DNA of 64,000 bases. Source: Thermoproteota archaeon (GTDB lineage: Archaea; Korarchaeota; Korarchaeia; Korarchaeales; Korarchaeaceae). Below, piece by piece: positions 7,921 to 16,501 of the stretch. The DNA lies in contig JAOZFG010000004.1 in NCBI GenBank assembly GCA_027491435.1, forward strand, positions 96,001 through 160,000, given 5' to 3'. The notes beneath the pieces are model-generated. The model was not told the origin of the DNA and made no database searches. It saw only the letters and a list, made by a program, of their open reading frames with translations. A program made the position numbers and the translations under genes. The number at the start of each line of letters is the position of its first letter. The stretch's first letter is position 1.

Positions 7921-9578
7921 ACATGGACGAGCTGGAGTTCAGGAGGCTGGTTAAGTACGTGGCCGAGAAATCCGGCCTATCGGAGGAAGAGGTTCTAGAA
8001 AGGGTTAACAAGTACATACAGGAGATGTCCGGTTTAATAAAACTGGACGGAGCGCTCTACCTCGTGGCTAGCGATTTAAACGTGGAATTGCCCATGCCCG
8101 GCTCTCCTGTACACGAGACCATACAGATAGGGAAGCTCGTCCCAGGGATGAGGAGGGCGGTAGTCGAGGGAAGGATAGTCAAGATGTACGGGGTTATAAA
8201 ATACGTGAACAAGAGTGGTGAGCCTTCAGAGAGGCTCGAGTTCAGAATAGAAGACGAAACCGGGGAGGCCGTCGTGGTGATCTGGTCTAAGAGCATGGTA
8301 GATTCTTTGAGGGATAAGCTCAAGGAAGGTGATGTGATCAGAATAATAAACGCCAGGGTCAGCCACAGCTATGGAGAGCTGAGTTTACACGTGGACTCCT
8401 CAGGGGAGGTTGAGCTAATTAGATCCTCTCAGGGTTATCCGCTCGTCAACGAGAGGGTGTATACCGTGTCAAACATCCCCATGAAACATGGAGAGGAGGT
8501 CGACGTTAAAGGCAGGGTCGTCAGGATGTTCGAACCGTCCACATTTGAAAGACAGGACGGGAGCCTTGGGAGGAGATCCTCTTTTCTGCTGGGAGATGAT
8601 GAGAGTTCTATAAGGGTAGTGCTCTGGGGCTCTCAGGCCGACAACGTCACCAAGCTTAAGGTGGGCTCCCAGGTCCTGATAAGGAACGCTAGGGTGGTAA
8701 TAAGGGATTTCGGCATTGAACTCCACAGCTCTCCCAGGACTAAGATAGAGGTGTTAGGTGAGACCGAGGACTTATATCATGAGTTTAAAGTGCTGTACAG
8801 ATTTGAGCCAGAAGTATTGAGCGTGAAGAAGTTAGTCTACATGGACTTACTCGTGCAATCGGATAGCAAGAGGTCCATACTCAGGGTATGGGGAGAAGAC
8901 ATGGTGTCTAAGCTCTCATCTGCTCTGCTGCCAGCTATCATAAGGGTGAAAGGGACTTATTCCAGGGATGGTATACTCCACCTGGGTAAGAGCGGTAGCT
9001 TAGAGTTAGTGGAGGAGGGGGTTGGAGAGCTCCCTGAAGGGATTGCTAGGCTAGCTAGACAGGTTAAATACAAGAGATCATGGATAGGAGAGTCGTCAGA
9101 CGGTTACAGGGAGTTCAGGGGAACCATAACATGGGTTAGCGAGAGGGCCCGGATAAGTTGGTACTGCCCTAACTGCGGATCCCGCGTTGAGTACGAATAT
9201 GACAGGTTCTTCTGCCCTAACTGCGGTGAAATAGAGGATGCCGAACCTCTCTTAGGATTTTCCTTCATGATAGATGACGGTACGGGCGTAGCCAGGGTTC
9301 AAGTCTACGGGAGGAGGGCAGAGCTCTTGTTAGGGGCCAAGACGCTAGAAGTCATAGAGAAGGCCAACGAGTATGGCGAGGAGGACTTCTCCATACCGTT
9401 GGACTTCCTCTCCCAGGAATTGGTCGGAAAGGAGGTAGTAGTCAGGGGGAAGGCAGCCTACCTGGAAACGGGCATGGTCAGAGTCATACTGGACGAGATG
9501 GAGGATGCTGACTTAAGGGAAGAGGCTGAAAAGCTGGCTGACGAAATCGAGAGAATCTGGTTAAACGTCGAGAGATGA
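7917..9578 (+). CDS. rpa: Replication protein A (multiple OB folds plus Zn ribbon)
   Basis: Repeated OB motifs (IEDETG..VVIW, LGDDESSIRVVLW, IDDGTG) and a CPNC-x12-CPNC Zn finger; ATGA overlap with rtcA. Confidence 0.85.
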   Translation: MNMDELEFRRLVKYVAEKSGLSEEEVLERVNKYIQEMSGLIKLDGALYLVASDLNVELPMPGSPVHETIQIGKLVPGMRRAVVEGRIVKMYGVIKYVNKSGEPSERLEFRIEDETGEAVVVIWSKSMVDSLRDKLKEGDVIRIINARVSHSYGELSLHVDSSGEVELIRSSQGYPLVNERVYTVSNIPMKHGEEVDVKGRVVRMFEPSTFERQDGSLGRRSSFLLGDDESSIRVVLWGSQADNVTKLKVGSQVLIRNARVVIRDFGIELHSSPRTKIEVLGETEDLYHEFKVLYRFEPEVLSVKKLVYMDLLVQSDSKRSILRVWGEDMVSKLSSALLPAIIRVKGTYSRDGILHLGKSGSLELVEEGVGELPEGIARLARQVKYKRSWIGESSDGYREFRGTITWVSERARISWYCPNCGSRVEYEYDRFFCPNCGEIEDAEPLLGFSFMIDDGTGVARVQVYGRRAELLLGAKTLEVIEKANEYGEEDFSIPLDFLSQELVGKEVVVRGKAAYLETGMVRVILDEMEDADLREEAEKLADEIERIWLNVER

Positions 9579-9584
9579 CCCAAA

Positions 9585-10235
9585 ATGAGGATAATAATGG
9601 ACGATAGGGAGCCTGCCACCATAGAGGCCATCTTGAGGTCTAGAAACGTCAGGGTTGAAAAGAAGAGGATAGAAGTGGCCGACTATTTAGTTGGCCCGGA
9701 GGTGTGCGTCGAGCGGAAGACGGTTTCCGACTTCCTGAAGTCAATATACGAGGGAAGGCTTCAAGATCAGGTCAGCAACATGCTTGACTCCTGTTCCAAG
9801 GTCATAGTAGTGGTCGAGGGGAGGCCTCATTACGTTAAAGGCAATGCGAGGCTCCACATGCTCGGAGCGTTGGCCTCTCTAGCCTATAAAGGGGCATCCA
9901 CTGTGACCACGCTTACGATGGAAGACACAGCTCTCTTCCTGGTTTACCTGGCCAGGAAAATACAAGGAACTCAGGACAAGGTGATGCCGATCATCAGGAG
10001 GAAGAGGCCCAAGGGATGGGAGAACGCCCTGGCCATACTAACCAGCTTTCCGGGTATAGGGGTGAAGTCGGCTGAAAAGGTGTTAAGGGAATACAGGAAC
10101 TTGAGGGAGGTCTTTACATCAGATTTTAACAAGCTCAGAAAGGTTTTGGGGGACTATAGGGCCAGGAAGATGGTAGAAACGCTCGACACACCGTTCAAGA
10201 TAGTTAAGGAGGAGAAGCTTGAGGATCAGGGGTAA
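9585..10235 (+). CDS. xpf: Short-form XPF/ERCC4 structure-specific endonuclease
   Basis: DDRE, ADY...VERKTVSDF...GRL..Q nuclease motif, then HhH (FPGIGVKSA); no helicase domain. Confidence 0.9.
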   Translation: MRIIMDDREPATIEAILRSRNVRVEKKRIEVADYLVGPEVCVERKTVSDFLKSIYEGRLQDQVSNMLDSCSKVIVVVEGRPHYVKGNARLHMLGALASLAYKGASTVTTLTMEDTALFLVYLARKIQGTQDKVMPIIRRKRPKGWENALAILTSFPGIGVKSAEKVLREYRNLREVFTSDFNKLRKVLGDYRARKMVETLDTPFKIVKEEKLEDQG

Positions 10236-11533
10236 AGTCTAGTGGGCGTTCTTGGGAAGGCTATGGCATCTCTAACGTGTCCTATTCCAGTTATCCACCT
10301 GACCAGCCTCTCTACCCCCAACCCAAACCCAGAATGAGGGACGCTGCCGTACCTCCTTAGGTCCAAATACCATTGGTAATCGTCTGGATTAAGCCCCTCC
10401 TCCCTTATCCTGCCTAGCAGCTCATCCAAGTCCTCTATCCTCTGACCTCCCCCCACTATTTCCCCTATTCCCTCTGGGGCTAAGAGGTCGGCGCAGAGGA
10501 CCACTTCTCCCCTGTTAGGATCCGGCTTATGGTAGAAGGCCTTGGCCTCCTTAGGGTACCTGTGGACAAACACCGGCACGTCGAACTCGAGGGATATGGT
10601 CCTCTCAGCTTCAGTTCCCAGGTCATCCCCCCAGGATATATCTACCCCCTTACTCTGAGCTATGTCCACCGCTTCATCGTAGGAAATCCTCGGGAACCTC
10701 TCCTCTACAGGGTTAAACTTCCTGTTCAACGCCTTCAGGTTCTCAGAAGCCTTATCCACCACCTCGTGGGTTACATAGGTAATTAAGGACTCCACCACGT
10801 CCATCATGCCGTCCAAATCGGCCCACGCCATCTCAGCTTCAGCGTGCCAAAATTCAGTTAAGTGCCTCCTAGTCCTGGACTTCTCAGCCCTAAAGCTGGG
10901 TTGAATTGTGTAGACGTTTTCGAATGCGAATATCAAGGCCTCCAGGTAGAACTGGGAGCTTTGCGTTAGATAAGCCTTCCTGCCGAAGTAAGGTACCTCG
11001 AAGAGAGTAGCTCCTCCTTCCACGGCAGCGCCGACGAACGTAGGCGCTTCAACCCTAACAAAACCGTTCTCTCGGAACCACCTATCTACAGCTGAGATGA
11101 CGACCTCCCTTACTTTTAATACGTTTCTCATGTAAGTGCTCCTGATGTGGAGGTGCCTATTGTCCAGAAGAAACTCCTCGCCAGCTCCCGGCCTGATCGG
11201 ATAGTTCTCCGAGGGGCCTATCAACCTGAAGTCCCTGGCCACCACCTCGACTCCACCGGGGGCCCTAGGATCTCTCCTCACGACGCCCTTTACCCATATT
11301 GATGACTCAATCCCTGCCTTTCTGGCCTCGTCCACCCTCTCCTTTGGAAGGTTTCCCTCTTTGAAAACAACTTGAACAGCTCCCGTGGAGTCCCTGAGCC
11401 TGAGAAACAACAACCCCCCTAGCTCGCTCCTCCTGTACACCCAGCCCTGAAGAGATACCTCCTCCCCTTCATCGAGGGACCAGAGCTCCTTTACGAAGTG
11501 CGTTCTACTACCGAATTTCCACAAGCGAGACAC
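10226..11533 (-). CDS. asnS: Asparagine--tRNA ligase
   Basis: OB anticodon domain, LTQSSQFYLE, FRAEKSRTRRHLTEFWHAEAE, GEIVGGGQR, YGSVPHSGFGLGVER. Confidence 0.93.
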   Translation of the reverse strand: MSRLWKFGSRTHFVKELWSLDEGEEVSLQGWVYRRSELGGLLFLRLRDSTGAVQVVFKEGNLPKERVDEARKAGIESSIWVKGVVRRDPRAPGGVEVVARDFRLIGPSENYPIRPGAGEEFLLDNRHLHIRSTYMRNVLKVREVVISAVDRWFRENGFVRVEAPTFVGAAVEGGATLFEVPYFGRKAYLTQSSQFYLEALIFAFENVYTIQPSFRAEKSRTRRHLTEFWHAEAEMAWADLDGMMDVVESLITYVTHEVVDKASENLKALNRKFNPVEERFPRISYDEAVDIAQSKGVDISWGDDLGTEAERTISLEFDVPVFVHRYPKEAKAFYHKPDPNRGEVVLCADLLAPEGIGEIVGGGQRIEDLDELLGRIREEGLNPDDYQWYLDLRRYGSVPHSGFGLGVERLVRWITGIGHVRDAIAFPRTPTRLYP

Positions 11534-11576
11534 CCCCGACTGACGATAGGGTAAAAGCTATCCTACTTAATAACCC

Positions 11577-12902
11577 TTGGTGCCAAAGGTGGAACTAAGG
11601 CGGGCCGTTAACTTACTAGCCAGTAGGGGTCTGCTGGATACAGTCGATAGGAGGTCGGTGATCTATCAGATAGCTAGGGAGCTCAAGATAAGGGACGGTA
11701 AGAGGGCACTCTTGGTTAAAGAACCAATCCTCCCAAGCGGTGAGAGGTCCGGGATCAGGGTGGTCGGGGGTATAGCCACGAGCAGGGAGACAATATCCGC
11801 CGCTACGGGCCTACCCTACTCAAAGCTGAGGGAGCGCATGAAAGAGGCTATAAAGAATAGGGTCCCGCCATCTAGAGGTTCCCCATTGTGGAAGAGGGCC
11901 AACCTCAGCTTACACGAATTGCCTATACTGAAACACTATCAAGGAGAACCGGGAAGGTATTTGACGTCCTCAATAGTCATATTCAGGGACGAATCCGGCA
12001 ACTACTCAGCATCTTACCACAGAATGCTCCTTCTTCCAGGAAATAGGGTGGTTCTCAGGGCAGTAGAGGGGAGGAAACTCCACAGGACAATATCCAAGTT
12101 TAGAGAGATTGGGGAGGATTTGCCAGTAGCAGTCTCCATAGGATCCCCAGTCGACGTGATGCTGGCTTCGGCGATGCCTGCCGAAGGTTACGATAAGCTC
12201 TCAATAGCCGGCGCCATTTCAGGAAGGTCAGTCCCAATATCGCCTTGCGAGGATGTAGACGCTTGGGCACCTTCGGAGTCAGAGATAGTTCTGTGCGGCA
12301 GGATAACCGGAAAAGATGAGAGAGAAGGACCTTTCTACGAGATATTAGGCAAGGATATCGTTAGAAGACAACCAGTCATGGAGGTCGATGAGATTCACCT
12401 CAGGGAAGGCGCCATATATCAGGCCATACTGCCGGCCAGCAGGGAGCACGAGCTCTTAATGGGGATGCCAGTCGAGCCTCTGATAATGGAGAGGGTCTCT
12501 GAAGTGGCTGATGTGGTTGACGTGGCCATGACCCCAGGGGGAGGTGGGTGGATAGAGGTCGCCATCTCCATAAGAAAGGAGAACGATGATCAGCCAGCCT
12601 TAGTGGGTTTAATGGCGATTTCAGCTCATAAGAGTCTTAAGAAGGTCATAGTGGTGGACGAGGACGTTAACGTGAACGACTACGTTGAAGTCATGAAGGC
12701 CGTCGTCCAGAGGGCACACCTTCCTGACGATTACAAGTTTATATCTGGAGTTAAGGGCTCCTCCCTCGATCACAGTAACCTCAGGTACGTCCAAGTGGAT
12801 GGAGAGATCAGGTTGATCAAGCTTCCCCAAGGAAAACTCATAATAGATGCCACCAAGAAGGGGCCGAAGGAGCTATTCGAACCCCCCGTAATCCCCGAGT
12901 GA
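11577..12902 (+). CDS. UbiD-family (prFMN-dependent) decarboxylase
   Basis: LPIL.HY..EPGRY, SYHRM, EGPF.E, VIVVDEDV, GSSLD, IIDATK. Confidence 0.88.
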   Translation: MVPKVELRRAVNLLASRGLLDTVDRRSVIYQIARELKIRDGKRALLVKEPILPSGERSGIRVVGGIATSRETISAATGLPYSKLRERMKEAIKNRVPPSRGSPLWKRANLSLHELPILKHYQGEPGRYLTSSIVIFRDESGNYSASYHRMLLLPGNRVVLRAVEGRKLHRTISKFREIGEDLPVAVSIGSPVDVMLASAMPAEGYDKLSIAGAISGRSVPISPCEDVDAWAPSESEIVLCGRITGKDEREGPFYEILGKDIVRRQPVMEVDEIHLREGAIYQAILPASREHELLMGMPVEPLIMERVSEVADVVDVAMTPGGGGWIEVAISIRKENDDQPALVGLMAISAHKSLKKVIVVDEDVNVNDYVEVMKAVVQRAHLPDDYKFISGVKGSSLDHSNLRYVQVDGEIRLIKLPQGKLIIDATKKGPKELFEPPVIPE

Positions 12903-12948
12903 TTTCGTTTATTTTTTATACCCCCATGCCCCTGGATTACACGAGGGG

Positions 12949-14067
12949 TTGTGGGATAGGGTGAAGGGACCTAGAGTAATAACGGGGATGGTTAAGACCA
13001 ATGTTCATGACCATTACCTCTACAAGATTCAGATGGGCGAGCTCGAGTCCCTACTTAAGGCCCTGGGTTACAGGATAATAGAGAGGATCATACAGGTGAG
13101 ACCTAAAACCACTGTAGACTACGTGTTCGGCAAGGGAAAGGTGGAGGAGATTAAAGCTAGGGTCAGGGCCTTAGACCCAGAGGCATTCGTAATATATAAC
13201 ACGCTCAGCAGCAAGCAGAAGTGGAACTTGGAGAGGGCCTTGGGCGTCGAAGTCATCGACAGATATGACGTGACCCTCATGATCTTCAGGGAGGCGGCGA
13301 GCGACGTTTTGTCGAAACTTCAGATAGAGCTGGCGACCTTGGAGAAATCCTTCCCTTACATAAAGCTATCAGCCTCTATGAAGTACAAGAAGATGAGAGC
13401 AGGCTTTAGGGGCGGGGGAGAATACGCCTATCATAAGCAGCTCAGAGCAGTTCAGAAGAGAATGAAAATACTGAAGAAGAAGATAGAGAAGTTGAGCGCT
13501 CATAAGGAAATGGAAATATTGAAGAGGTTGGAAGACGGATCCAAGATCTCCGTGCTGACCGGATATTACAACGCGGGTAAGACAAGCCTGTTCAACGCTT
13601 TGACAGGGTTTAACAAGCCAATTAGTGACATGCCCTTCACTACCCTGTCCAGCAAGTACGGAGCAATAAACGACAGGGAGCTCTACCTGGTTGACACGAT
13701 AGGCTTCGTCTTGGACCTGGACCCAAGGCTTATAGCGTCTTTCAAGATAAACCTACTCGATATAAAGTACTCTGAGAGGCCAGTTTTGGTCGTTGACACG
13801 TCTGATGACGATCTGGTGATGAGGATAAAGATAAGGGAATCGATGAAGGTATTAGAATCGGTGGGCAAGGATCTCAGATCCATAGTTGTGGCCGCCAACA
13901 AGGTGGATGAGCTCACCCAAGAGGAGATTAAGAGGAAAACTAGGCTGATAAGGGATGTTTTGGGGGTGGACGTGCCAATAATACCCGTCTCAGCCAAGGA
14001 TGGCATTGGTCTAGATGACCTTGTAAGAGAGCTGACTAGGGAGTCTGTAGCGGTTAGGGTAAGGTGA
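12949..14067 (+). CDS. hflX: GTPase HflX
   Basis: GKGKVEEI, KLQIELA, GGGE, GYYNAGKTSL, FTTL, DTIGF, NKVD, VSAK. Confidence 0.92.
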   Translation: MWDRVKGPRVITGMVKTNVHDHYLYKIQMGELESLLKALGYRIIERIIQVRPKTTVDYVFGKGKVEEIKARVRALDPEAFVIYNTLSSKQKWNLERALGVEVIDRYDVTLMIFREAASDVLSKLQIELATLEKSFPYIKLSASMKYKKMRAGFRGGGEYAYHKQLRAVQKRMKILKKKIEKLSAHKEMEILKRLEDGSKISVLTGYYNAGKTSLFNALTGFNKPISDMPFTTLSSKYGAINDRELYLVDTIGFVLDLDPRLIASFKINLLDIKYSERPVLVVDTSDDDLVMRIKIRESMKVLESVGKDLRSIVVAANKVDELTQEEIKRKTRLIRDVLGVDVPIIPVSAKDGIGLDDLVRELTRESVAVRVR

Positions 14068-14142
14068 TCGAGGGACACGGTTTAATCGTATTATATACGC
14101 AACATTTTTATTTTTGTAAGGATACCCGGCACGGGTATCTTC

Positions 14143-14721
14143 ATGAAAGCCAGTAACTTCAATAGGCCCATTAGCAAGGCCATCGGCCTTATAGCTCTGT
14201 TAGGAGCCCTAGGAAACCTTTTATCCATACTTTCGACTGCCCTAGGGAACATACACCCTCAGATAGCCGTAGACCTTTCACACATAGCCACCATAATGGC
14301 AGCTTCTATGATGGGAGCCATCGGAGGCCTGGCGGTGGGCGCCATATCCTCAATAACTCCCTACATCAGGTTCGGCCCCATGGGGTACCTGGGGCCCCTT
14401 GTGGGGCTACTCATCTTCCCAGGCAAGGCAATGACAGGGGCCTTTGCTGGGATCCTTATAGAGAAACTCAAGAGGCCGTCAATATCCCTGATAATAGGTT
14501 ACGTGCCGGAATCTCTGTTCACATGGCTCTCCTTCAAGGTCTGGATACCCTTGCTCCTTCCTCAAATGTCCCGGTGGATAACCGATCCCATAGTCTACGG
14601 GATACTGATAAAGGCTTGGTTTGAGATTTTGATAATAGCAGCACTATCTGAGAAGTTAGTACCTAAGGTGTGTGATGTGGTCGGAAATTGTCTTATAACA
14701 AGCTTAAATATAAAAACCTAA
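14143..14721 (+). CDS. ECF transporter S-component-like membrane protein
   Basis: About six hydrophobic segments; ALLGALG...DLSHI...G...G..VG pattern of S components. Confidence 0.65.
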   Translation: MKASNFNRPISKAIGLIALLGALGNLLSILSTALGNIHPQIAVDLSHIATIMAASMMGAIGGLAVGAISSITPYIRFGPMGYLGPLVGLLIFPGKAMTGAFAGILIEKLKRPSISLIIGYVPESLFTWLSFKVWIPLLLPQMSRWITDPIVYGILIKAWFEILIIAALSEKLVPKVCDVVGNCLITSLNIKT

Positions 14722-14746
14722 TATTTATGATGATCGTAAAAACGTA

Positions 14747-15625
14747 CTAGAGGCCTAGGTTACCTCGGCGCCTTCTGGAGTGGTAGGCGATGGTCTTGTA
14801 AATGAGCTTAGCCACCGCTAGGGAGTCGGCTCCCATGTGAGGGCAGGGCCTGAACTCCACGAAGTCCATTGAAACTACCTTGAAGTTCTCTATAATGCCT
14901 TTAACTGTGGAGACGGTTTCTCTCCAAGTTAGGCCGTCTGGTTCAGGTGTTCCTAGACATGGAAGAACTGAGGGATCCATCACGTCTAAGTCCACGCTTA
15001 GGTGAACTCTCTTTCCCAATAAATCGCTCAGCTTATCCTTCCAAGTGTCGAGTTCCTCCCTCAAGACTATTATAGACCCCCTGGAGTTCTCGTACTCCTC
15101 CCAATCGGCAGTCCTCACCCCTATAACTGCTACCCTCATGAACTCGCTTATCCTCTTGGAGGTACAGGCATGGCTATAGTTGCTCCCCTCATAGCTCTCG
15201 TAAAAATCCATGTGGGCATCAAGCGAGATGAATGCCTCAGCTCCCCACCTCTTGGCCGCCCTAGCGGCCCCTATAGACACCGTGTGCTCACCGCCCAGCA
15301 GCACAGGTACCTTATTATCTCTGAGAACACCATCAACCAGCTCCTCCACCTCCTTCAGGGCCTCTAGAGGGTCTACCTTGGGTTCAATCTCAGGTAGCGT
15401 GTATATGCCCACCTCTGCCGGTACATCTCCTGTCTCCAAATCGAATGTATCGAGGTACTTAGAAGCCTCTATAATGCTATTGGGGCCGAGCTTTGATCCG
15501 GGAAGCCAACTTGACGTGTGCTCGTAAGGGTACCTTATTATCACGTAATTTGACTCATCGTAAGTGTACTCCAGCGATAGGAAGCTATCCACGACAAATG
15601 AGTTTCTAAACCGCTCAGAGTTCAT
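14747..15625 (-). CDS. speB: Agmatinase
   Basis: GSKLGP, LGGEHTVS, DAHMD, SHAC, DLDVMDP, GTPEPDG ureohydrolase motifs. Confidence 0.92.
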   Translation of the reverse strand: MNSERFRNSFVVDSFLSLEYTYDESNYVIIRYPYEHTSSWLPGSKLGPNSIIEASKYLDTFDLETGDVPAEVGIYTLPEIEPKVDPLEALKEVEELVDGVLRDNKVPVLLGGEHTVSIGAARAAKRWGAEAFISLDAHMDFYESYEGSNYSHACTSKRISEFMRVAVIGVRTADWEEYENSRGSIIVLREELDTWKDKLSDLLGKRVHLSVDLDVMDPSVLPCLGTPEPDGLTWRETVSTVKGIIENFKVVSMDFVEFRPCPHMGADSLAVAKLIYKTIAYHSRRRRGNLGL

Positions 15626-15781
15626 CTAGGCACCTCCCAAAGAACCTCATCGAATAAAGCCTCCATCCTCTCCCCAAACCCTATGTCATCACGGGGACAC
15701 TTGAGTGGGAAGATTTTTAAATAGAAAGCACGCTAGGAAAACTAGCCCATCGCATTGCGGGCATGGACCGAGGTGATACAT

Positions 15782-16030
15782 ATGGCCGCTAGGAGAGTTG
15801 GTGTACCTATGACCGACCGGATTCTTGAATTTCTAGATGAGAAGCAGCCTGGCCTGAAGTCCAGCGTCTGGAAGATCTTCTATCCCATGAGGGACGAGCA
15901 GCCTATAGAAGTTAGTGTGAAGCCTGGCTCCCTGGCCGGCGGCACCCTCGAGCTCGATTTTGAGGGAAGGAAGCTGATAGTAAAGGAGGAGCCTGTGGAG
16001 AGAAGGCCCGCCGGCAGGTTAGGAATGTAA
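15782..16030 (+). CDS. Small hypothetical protein (82 aa)
   Basis: GAGGTGAT RBS before ATG 15782; host-like codon usage; no family recognised. Confidence 0.7.
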   Translation: MAARRVGVPMTDRILEFLDEKQPGLKSSVWKIFYPMRDEQPIEVSVKPGSLAGGTLELDFEGRKLIVKEEPVERRPAGRLGM

Positions 16031-16225
16031 AGGGGCCCACGCCCCCTTACTCTTCACTATTTTCGCCGTTATTTTTCGATTGACGGCTTATCCTTTATCA
16101 CAATTTACGTTAGTTTAAGTTCACTAGAAATATTATCTGCTGACAGCGTTAAATGTGATTTTATATAACCATGTCTTCAACCCAAATTTTATCTTGGTGT
16201 GCTGGCCTATTGATCGGTGCACCTT

Positions 16226-16492
16226 ATGTCATCGGTTGAGGGAGACATTATCATACCGGTTTCTAAACCCTCACCTGGTTCTGCGGGGGACACCGGACTT
16301 TGGAGGGTATTTAAGCCAGTGGTACATGAGGATAGGTGCATAAAATGCTGGTTATGCTGGCTGTATTGTCCTGAAGAGGTGATATCTGAGGGTGAGAACG
16401 GTTTCCCCGAGATAAACTACAGCTATTGCAAGGGCTGTGGGGTCTGCGCAGACGTGTGTCCGAAAGACGCAATAGAAATGGTTCCCGATTGA
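16226..16492 (+). CDS. porD: 2-oxoacid:ferredoxin oxidoreductase delta subunit (2x[4Fe-4S])
   Basis: TGLWRVFKPV, CIKCWLCWLYCP and YCKGCGVCADVCP. Confidence 0.9.
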   Translation: MSSVEGDIIIPVSKPSPGSAGDTGLWRVFKPVVHEDRCIKCWLCWLYCPEEVISEGENGFPEINYSYCKGCGVCADVCPKDAIEMVPD

Positions 16493-16501
16493 GGTGATAT
16501 C

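Noticed and set aside
9164-9226. 15-bp direct repeat CTGCCCTAACTGCGG
   Set aside because: Encodes the two CPNCG knuckles of the RPA Zn ribbon; not a mobile or regulatory repeat.
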